Shown here piece by piece: positions 43,030 through 52,800 of a stretch of DNA of 64,000 nt. The DNA is from Hamiltosporidium tvaerminnensis FI-OER-3-3. Its lineage: Eukaryota > Fungi > Microsporidia. How positions within the stretch are numbered: position 1 is the first letter of the stretch; the number at the start of each line of letters is the position of its first letter. A program made the position numbers and the translations under genes. The notes under the pieces were generated by a model. That model was given only the letters and a program-made list of their open reading frames with translations. It searched no databases and had not been told where the DNA came from. The stretch lies in the NCBI GenBank assembly GCA_022605425.2, contig CM061251.1, forward strand, positions 941,215 to 1,005,214, in the 5' to 3' direction.

Positions 43030-45900
43030 TTCTATCTGGTTTTATGGAATACTTTTCTTATTAGTCCGTACTGTCCGGTTTTACATATTTTTACTTTTTA
43101 TTCTAGGTAATTATTATTTCTTGTTTTAAAATCCAATGCTTTATGTTATAAAATTTACTTGCTAAATATCCGTCAATTTAAAAAATGTTAATATATCTTT
43201 GGTGTCTTAAACTATAGTAGAATTATTTTATCCAAAATATTTTATTTAGTTACAATAATAGTCTTTATTTTGCCAAAAAAAAATACAATTGATCTATATA
43301 AAAGTGGGTATATTTAAATTTATAAATATATTCAATAAGTTTTGGTATATCTTAAGATAGATAATTTATACTTCATTTTAGAATAAATAAAGCGTAGGAA
43401 TAACACTCTGATTAAATAAGAATAACAGACTTTTAAAACGCCCACAACTCATTTATATATAATAACGATTGCGTGATTGGTTTTAGATTAAAAACTTGAA
43501 GCGATTGTTTAGATAAAAAGGATGAGTAATATGTTTCATAAAGTTATTCATTTTTTTAAAATTTTTTATGCAAATAAACTAATATTTTTTGGATGTCTTT
43601 TTTTATAACTATTCATACCGAAACTTTCGAATTGGTAAATCCAGGTATAGATGCAACTCTTTGCCTTCTAGTTTATGTAATAGGCTTTTATTTTATTGGT
43701 AGAGTTATTTATAAATATATTTTAAGTGAAAGAATTTACTAATTTTGTAAAATCAGACTTGAACAAGATTAAATGGGTTTTTGCACACTACCATTTGAAT
43801 CCTATCTAAACTAGACCAGTAAATAACCTTATATACTATTTTCATGATGCAAATTAGCTTGGGTGTTCAAGATGTACAAATTTGTTTCGAATTTTCTGGA
43901 AAGTGTATGGTAGTCGAGTGTGGAACGCGTTTCTTTCGTTTAATTAGGTTAAACCATTATACAGTTGATTAGGTAATAGAGGTTTAAGAATAAGATGATA
44001 CTAAGTTACATGTATACAATGTCAGATGAAAAAAATCCAAGATTGATCATATTTTTTTTAAGTTTTGAATGTCTGATTGTCTTTCTTTCTATATTCTAAG
44101 TGTAGCATCAAAATTTTATAATATAATATTAAACCAACAAACCCAATCATAAAAATTTTATTTAGTGGATTAGAATAGAAGTCTCGTTTCATAAAAATAT
44201 TTGATTTTTTAATTATTCGAATATAATATTCATCTATAAAAATGTTTTGATATGAAAGTTTTATTAATTCTCTTATATTACTTCATTCTAATTAATTTCT
44301 GAAAAGTTTGAAACTTTATCTATTGCTTTACATACAAACAAGAACAGAATATATTAATTATTTAAAAAATAAGTATAGTTAATTTACGTGTAATAAAATA
44401 AAAATAATTTAAGGTTTACCTTTAGCTAAACTAAAATTAAAATATCTGTAAAATATTCTATAGTTCAAATATTTTTTGTATTGTATTTACGACTTCATAA
44501 ACAAGTTTAAGAGCCAAAACAATACAAAATTAACTATTTTAAGAATTAATTTTAGAATTTTGTCTAAACAAGAGAAATAACTTAAAAAAATGCAAATTAA
44601 CATAAAAAGTTACTTAAAAACATTATTTAAATTCGGGTTTAATATATTTGTAGTATAATAGAAATAAAGTTATCACACAGGAGATTTTATTGTAGTATCG
44701 ATTCATTTAAATTTAATTTTGTAAATCTTTACCATATAATATTAATTCTAAAAAAAGACTTAGCATTGATAAAGAAAATCAATATACTTATAATAATTAC
44801 CATTTAAGTCAGTAAAATACGGCACATAGTAAAAAAATCGACTATTTTTTTTTTACATGAGTATATCAAGGAGATTTAAATATTAAAATTAACTAATATA
44901 GATTATAGTATATGAATAATAAATGCATGCCTATAAATATAGAGAATATCAAATATATTTTAATTAGGCAATATTAACATTTTTCTTCTATTCTCTTGAA
45001 AATAGTATACAAGAAATTTTAAATACTTTTAGATGTATATGTTTTTTCGACTTAGCTTTATATTCTTTTTATGCTAAAGAACCAATACATATATAATACT
45101 TGGCAGTTTGCTTCATTTTCGGAAAAGTAACTAATATGAGGTTATATAGAAATCCAAAGTTACGTATGAATACCCTATATGATTAATGTTTCAATCAATA
45201 TATTGAAGGCTTCTAAAAACAAATTCGGCAATTTTAATGTGGCCATATTTAGGTTAAACACAACGTATTATGACAAAGATTAGAAAATCATATTTCAAGA
45301 TACTTAGATAAGGTTTTAATAGTCCAAATATTCTAAAAACACAAAAAAAACCACCAATACCTAATGCACGAAAACTTCCAATTATGGTAAATTTTATAAG
45401 TTATTAAGGTTACCCCCTTAAAATCCTATAAGAAAAAATAATACTTAGATATAGTTTTAAATATTACATATTGATATGAAATAATGAATTTGAAGTTAAA
45501 TGATTATAAAATGAATATAATCTATTAAAATAAAATAAAATGAGACTTTATTAAGAAATATGAATCACTTTATTTTAAAAACGAAGGTTGAAACAAATAT
45601 ACAGGTTTTATATGTAGAGAAACTGCTTGTGCAAGTATCAAGGTAGAACGAAAAATCAAAAAAAGGAAACGAATACTCTAAAAAAATATAAACAAATCTA
45701 AAACGGTAGAGTTGAATAAAAAACTCAAAATTGAAAAAAAGTATATAAAATTATCACCAAAATAAATTTAAGCAAAACAAACTGGATATAAAAAATATTC
45801 TAAACTTAGAGAAAATGGCTAAGCCAATGAAAAAACCGAAATAATACACTTAATACAATTATAGATTGAAAAAATGATAATAAAATATAAAATTTATTAA
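43030..45900 (+). pseudogene. Family D copy 5
   Basis: Colinear with copy 2 and continues through the 24-bp core at 45371-45394 and AAACTGCTT (~45620). Confidence 0.7.
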
Positions 45901-45969
45901 GCTTTTATATAAAAGATTGATTTAAGAAAACAACCCTTATTAATACTACCAACTTAATATTATACCCTA

Positions 45970-46470
45970 AAAAACACCCAAGGTACCGGTTTCTATCACA
46001 ATAAAGTATAAACATATTTGCTCAATAATAAAATGAGTAAACAAACTAGTTGATAAACTCTCACCAGTAATCCAAAGACAATTTTTTCTTCATCATTTAA
46101 CACTACAGCCCTGCAAACAACTTGGCCTGTTTCGATAAAGCCACCCTCCAGTCTTTCTATAGTTGATTCGTTTACTCTTTCTGGTTCCCAAAATGATAGT
46201 ATTAAAGGTTAGTTTGTTAGCCCTACGCAAAACCCCAACCCGAAGAACCAGTCCTTTTTAGTCACCTCTTAAGAAAGCAGTGAATATTTCAAGCCAATTC
46301 GGCTTCCGACATGATTGAGAAATAAGGTTTCTATGGTTCCGTATATTTGCAGATTATATTATAATGTGCCAGAAGGTAAAACAAATTTTTAGGATAATCC
46401 AGATCTTAGACACTAGAATTCACAATTCAAACAAATTTTACAGAATAATGCAAAGAAAAATAATTAGTCA
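45970..46470 (+). pseudogene. Ser/Thr/Pro-rich coding relic (unknown)
   Basis: GC-richer island. One + frame reads TLTSNPKTIFSSSFNTTALQTTWPVSIKPPSSLSIVDSFTLSGSQNDSIKG*FVSPTQNPNPKNQSFLVTS*ESSEYFKPIRLPT*LRNKVSMVPYICRLYYNVPEGK, with few stops. Confidence 0.35.
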
Positions 46471-48999
46471 TAGCGATTTTCACATGTCATTTTAGTAATA
46501 AATGGTTTTAGAAAAATCTTGACACCACATTTGGTTTTTTTATTTATTTTTTTTTTTAGTATTTTTGCAAAATTAAGTTTAAAATTTTGATACTTCTCTC
46601 CTTAAAATCTACAGATTTCTTTTTAATCCTTCGATGATTCAGATATTATTTTGAAATTATAATGGCTTGCATTTTTAAGCATTATTATAATTGTCGTTCT
46701 CTCAAACATTATATATTAGTGATTCTTTTCTATTATGGTGTTTATGTATAGGATCTATAAACTCAAAGGGGAAAATGCTGACTAAAACAAAAGTATTGAT
46801 TTATAAATTGTTTTTTAAATAATAGAAAATCTTTTTATTTGCAATTTGATTAAAATATTAAGCACTAACTCCGTTGCTAAAATCAAAATTAGGAAAAAAT
46901 AATTGGCTTTTCTATTTTGTTTAGATAGAAAAAATAGTCAAAATATTTTAATTACTTGTTACATAATATTAAAGTAGAAAATTTATGAGAACAGTAAATA
47001 AACGTATGTCTTTATTCAATAATTAAATTTTCTTGATGTTTTTATATCTGTTTGATTAAATTTACAGATACTAATATTAAATTATTTAAAACATATAGTT
47101 AAATTAATAATTTATTTTTTTAAGAATAATATATCGTTGAAGATTGTTATTTGGAAAGTTAAAAAACCTATAGTATTCCCTAATTCAAATAAAAATAGCT
47201 CAAAAGTACTTTCTGTTTTATGGTCAGTTGTGTTGAGAGTAAAATAATATATAGAACAAAAAAATATTAGAGTTTTTATTATAAATGGTCAGATATTACT
47301 TTTAAATTAAAATTTTTAAAAAAATGATTCAAAATTTAAAGTAAAATTGTTTTATTAGAATACAATTCATAGAAACCACATAAAGCGACATTTGTATTAT
47401 GAAGGAAAAACATATATAAATCACAAATTGTTTTTCTATTGATTTTTTGACCCTTACATATAGATATATAATAGTCAAAAAAACATTTATAAGTTATCTC
47501 TTTAAAATATATTTTTTTTGACTACGTTTACATAAAAAATATTTCTTAAAAAGTTTTTACTCGAATTTTTACATATAATATATGTATATTGAAAAAACAA
47601 ATTATGAAATAAGATAGGCGTTAAAAACCAACCAAAAATATTGGTATAACGAAATTGAATTTTAAAATTATAATCAAAAAAATTTAACTAACATAAAAAA
47701 AAATAAAATAAAATATAAGAAAAGAGATTTAAGATAAAATTTCGTAAATGAATAATTTAATATATAGAGACATGAAATGAATAACAATTTAAAAATAAAA
47801 AAAGATGAAAAATAAAACAATCAAGAATCAATAATAGTTGTATTCACGAAAGACGAAAAATTCTAATAATTAAAAACAGAATATTTTTATTGGGATTAAA
47901 TTTAGCAAAAACTAAAAATATAAGAAAAAAAATCCTAAGTAGTGATTCATTTCGGGCATGTCTATTGATATTAATATTTCTCTTTTTTTTCTAAAACAGT
48001 TCTTTTTTTCCTTTTATTCATCTAAATCCTTTAACTTTAAAATATTTTAGACATATATACATAGTAATGAAATATACAACCTATGAAAAATTAAAAAAAG
48101 TTATAATATTTAAAAATACATAAACGAACAATAAAACCAAAAAATAGTAATATTTATTACACGTGTAGCATTCTCTTGTTTTCTTGCATTATCAAAACCA
48201 CTTCTTCGTTTTAATTGACACAAATTTTAAATCAAGTTCCCTTTAAGATATTACTAATATTTTTGCATTTCTAAAAAATAAATATAAAAGCAAAAAACGA
48301 AAGCCTTCTAATTCAAATCCAAAATTATTTGAATACAACAAAGCATACATGAATAGGAATAGATGTCAAAGAAAGGCCATGAACATCTGGCAACTTCACG
48401 AAAGAACTAGGTGTAGTATAAAATTTTTATACAGTAGAAATTTAATTAAAAAATATAAATCCAAAAATTGTATTAAAGACTAGAATAAAGGTGATAAAAC
48501 CCGAAACTTTGTATTTATACTTGGTTCGAAACCCGTAGAATAGTTATAATCACTTAGAAATTATTGTTCCTATGGCATATGGAACCACACCATTAATCTA
48601 TTCCTTCTATATAATTCCTTTACCTATAAACCCATAATAATTTATTTTCACGATCATATTTTGTAACCTCCTCCTATTAATATTTAAAAAATTGCTTTTC
48701 TTACATCGTATCATACTGAGAATTTTTACCCTGACGAGATAATACTACACATAAGAAAAGCAATATGTATTCCACTAATCGAGATGTTTTAAAATTTTAA
48801 AAAATAAAAAAGGCACATGGTAGATATATTGTTTAGCGGTTTCTTTCAGATACCAAGATATCATTCCTATGATTCTTAAATAAAAAAATAATAAATTTTA
48901 TTTATAAAAAATTTCATTCTTAAACTAAGTATCCATGTTAATAATTTTTAATACTAATAAATTATTTTTATTTTTTAAGAATGTACTAGGTTTCGAAGT

Positions 49000-51900
49000 T
49001 TTTTTTGTTAAGACTGGACATTTCATGGTTTAAAATCCGGATTTTCTTGGTAATTCCGGTATGGTCATAAAATCTTAATTATCATGTAAAGTCTGAAACA
49101 AAATTCCAAATGCTTCATCCTTATTGCTTAAAATCGTAAAAACTACAGATTTTTATATTTTAAAAAATATTTCTGTTTCTATCATACATTTATTGTAAAT
49201 GAGCATAAATTGTTTTTTTAGAAAATATTTGGATATTTTTGTGTTTTTTTTTTGAAATGAATTGATATAAATAGTAAATACATTATCATTGATTATTCTG
49301 TATGTTAGCGAAAGCGTAGTTTTAAATGGCCTTTATAATATATTATATATAAGAAACAAAGTGCAATATAGGCTATGTGTTTTTCTATGAACTTAAAAAT
49401 CATACTATATCATTTAATTTTATTTATATCCAAAGCTTCAAAGAAGGAAATACTTACAGAGATTAGATACATATGATTGTCTATATGGGGTTATATATAA
49501 AATTATAAAACCTTAAGAAGCATTCTGTAGTATTCCATGTTATCATCGTGGAATCTTATTGTAACCGAATTTGGTAACACTTCTGCTACTTTATAGATTT
49601 TAACATAGGGTTTAAAGAGCCATATTCATAACGAAATCATTCATATACGACCAATAAATCGTGTAATCTTACATATTTAGTATCCAGAAAGTTAAGACTT
49701 AGGTTTATTTTCAAATCTTTGGAGCATTATATAATCATTTATCGTTAATATTGAGGCTAAGTATCTCTTGCATATTTTCCTGCACCCCAAAAAAAATCTT
49801 ATTCGCTTTACTGCTGTTACCCACAGCAAATATCTTCTTTGTATATAAATATATTTTTATTATGCCTGTCAGTATATACCCATTTATACAAGCTAATGAT
49901 ATATTAAACGGTGCGAGGATAAGATAAAGATCCGTTTAAATTATTTAGGTTCATCTCTGAGTTAAATTCTTTGAGTTCTTCTGTAATTGTATAACTCCTT
50001 TCTATAAAAAGACTTGCCTATAATAGCCTATATTCCAAAGAATGCCTTTTAAAAATTATATATTTCTCGCAGAATTTCATTTCAACAAAGTTAGTCATAT
50101 AAACGCTTATATATTTTACCCGGAAAAGAACAACAATGCTTTGTTGTGGAATATTTCCGAATACTAGCAGATGATTTAACTTACTTGTCTTTATAAAAAA
50201 ACTATCTATGTACAATCTAAACTATACCTTATGTATGAAACCATAATTTTTTGCATCGATTTTCTAGTAGTTTTAGTAATAATATTAGTATCTATGAACC
50301 ATATTTCTTTTCCGCGTTGCTAGTTTCTCTTTTAAAGAAATTTTAAATTGAAAAGATTTTCAAATGAAAATATTATAGAGTAAATAGAAACATTTCATTC
50401 ATTATCCTTAAGTCACTTCAATTTCAGACAAAAGATTTTTCATGCTTCTTGAATCACATTTGTACGTATAAGATCAATTTAATTTCTTTTTTTAAAATAT
50501 TTATTTAGTGTGTGTAAGTATTCATTCTAAAACAATATTTCTTGCCTGTTCGTAATTTAAAATGCCTTCTTTTGAATAAATAGATATAGTAGTCTATATG
50601 AATTAAAATAAATGATCAATTCTGGTTAGATAACTTATATTACAATGCAATTTCACAAAATTTTAGTTTAGTATACCTTAACCAACAATCTAAAATTTTT
50701 CGAAATTTAATTAATTTGTTAATTTCTTTATTATTTTACTTTCGCTTATATAAAATATTGAATTTTAATTATCTCAAGTGTTTCCGCTTGGGTTTCAAAT
50801 GCTTTAAAATCGAGTTATTGAATTCTATTAATTTTTCTTTCCAATACGAAGTTCTTTGGTGCCTAAAGTAACTTCCGATGCAAAAATTCTAGCCTTTTCT
50901 TGATTAAAAAAATATTGAGTAGCAAATTCAACACCAGGTTTAAGTCTTATATGCGCTTAGTAACTAGCCTTGTCATATCAGATCTTTAAATAAATGAATT
51001 TTATATTTTGTCTATATTTGTTGTTATTTTCTTTCAATCCTCTAAAAAAATTTATCATTTTGATTTTTAATTTCTATACACATATAATAATTTTTAAATT
51101 TAAAAAGTTTTTTTGAATAATAAAATTGATGATAGAGCCTAGAGCAAAGGTATTAAATTGGTTTTAGATTGTTCGAATTATGATGTATTTCAATACTCGC
51201 AGGTCCTATATAACATCATTTCAAGATTATAGTAACCTAAAATCAATATATCAGATGTGTAATTTACTAAAGAGATGATTCGATCATTTGTCTATCCGTT
51301 ATTATAAGAAAGTAGAAAGAAAAGGCATGTATCAAATCCTTAAGACTTCGAATTGTGTTATAGAATAAATTAAGCTATAATGCATTGCTTTTTTAGAAAG
51401 CCCAATAATTCTAACTGATTTAAAGTTTCGGTTCTTAACTACAAATCAGAGTTTCAAAGCAATGATTCTATAATTTCATAAATATATGACAACTTAGAAA
51501 CGAGGTTTCTGTGAATGCTAATATAATAAAGTTCATCCTAAATCAAATTATGTATATTTTATTATTTTGAAAGAGAAATCCGTATGTTTAAATCGATTTA
51601 TTGAACTATGGTAAGTTTATTTGGATGAAACGTAAGTTTATTTGGATGAAACGTAAGTTAATTTTCTGAACCAAAAATTTTAACTATTATATTACCTAAA
51701 GAAACACAAAGGTTTCTGGTGCAGACTAGGATAATTATACTGCCTTTTTTTAATTCAAACATTAGAGTTTCCCCATAAATTTTATTTACTTTCTATTTTT
51801 GAGCTTAGTAATATCTGGATCTTTTTTATCCGAATATTTCCAAATTAAGATTAAGATGAGTTTACCGGTCTCGATCCAAAAAGATTATAAATTTACATTT

Positions 51901-52800
51901 ATATAATTCTGATTGCATATAACTTTTACTGTGTTTCTTTTAGAAATCCACAACTTAACATATCTGATCATTTTAGTGTTAGCTATCCTAAGACTAAATA
52001 TAAAGTTTACTTATAACACTTTTAATACACTTAGAATACAAAAAGAGAGCTGTTTTTATTGTGAAATTGCTTTTAACTAGTTTATTTGTGACATATGGTA
52101 TTTTCTTAGGCTAAGTTTTGCTTTTTTATAAGATTCTATAGGCCGTGGATCTTCGGTTTTTACCTTTTTTAGTTTTATGTAAGTATTTCAATTCTTTGTT
52201 TTGGAATTATGAAATGCTCTGAGATTCAGTTTATTCTTATGTAAACCATATTAATACATTTAACGGAATAATCGATCTTATAGATTTTCTAAAATAATTG
52301 CAGCATACTCGAGGAAAATTAAACTTTTAACCTGCTTTTCTATTTGTTGACTATGTGAAAAATCAGAAAATAAATAAGCTCACGTTTTACGAATCACGTT
52401 TTTCATTATTTCTACTGGGTCTTATAGATTTTTCTGCTTCGAATGTAAATTTTTTTTGACATATTAAGTCTTTAATTTGACTGAGAGCCAGTATAAGATA
52501 CCATGGGAAGAAATTTGAAAGCATTTAAATTATACAATTCATAAAATTTGGGTTTGAATGATTTTTTGGTATACCTTTTTAATTTTACCGAGTTTCTTCA
52601 GAACTACTCGTGCGAAAGTATGATAAAAAGTATTCTTGAATCATCCAGTGTTCAATTTAAATTTAAATTATAATTTAGTTCATTTTCGATCTAATAAATT
52701 TTTTATCTTCATTTGAAAGGTATCGATTTTTCTTTAATTTTATCTGCCGAAAAATTGCAACGATATTAAAATTATAATCTAATTAAAATTTTCTATTTGT
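49000..52800 (-). pseudogene. Degraded coding-like region (unidentified)
   Basis: T-rich + strand. The frame of ORF 50018-50215 continues past single stops (ASLFIERSYTITEELKEFNSEMNLNNLNGSLSYPRTV*YIISLYKWVYTDRHNK). Confidence 0.3.
51611..51659 (+). repeat. Perfect 21-bp tandem repeat GTAAGTTTATTTGGATGAAAC x2.3
   Basis: Units at 51611-51631 and 51632-51652, partial unit at 51653-51659. Confidence 0.95.

Larger units (their letters stand above)
35270..45185 (+). repeat. Segmental duplication copy II
   Basis: Colinear with 13000-20605, apart from an internal ~0.53 kb tandem duplication and a ~1.8 kb extra segment at 37855-39690. Confidence 0.85.

Noticed and set aside
6480-48800. Possible distant paralogy between ~6.5-6.7 kb and ~48.6-48.8 kb
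   Set aside because: Only two short AT-rich word matches; not supportable by eye.
51611-51659. CRISPR-like repeat
   Set aside because: No spacers, only two units, eukaryotic context.
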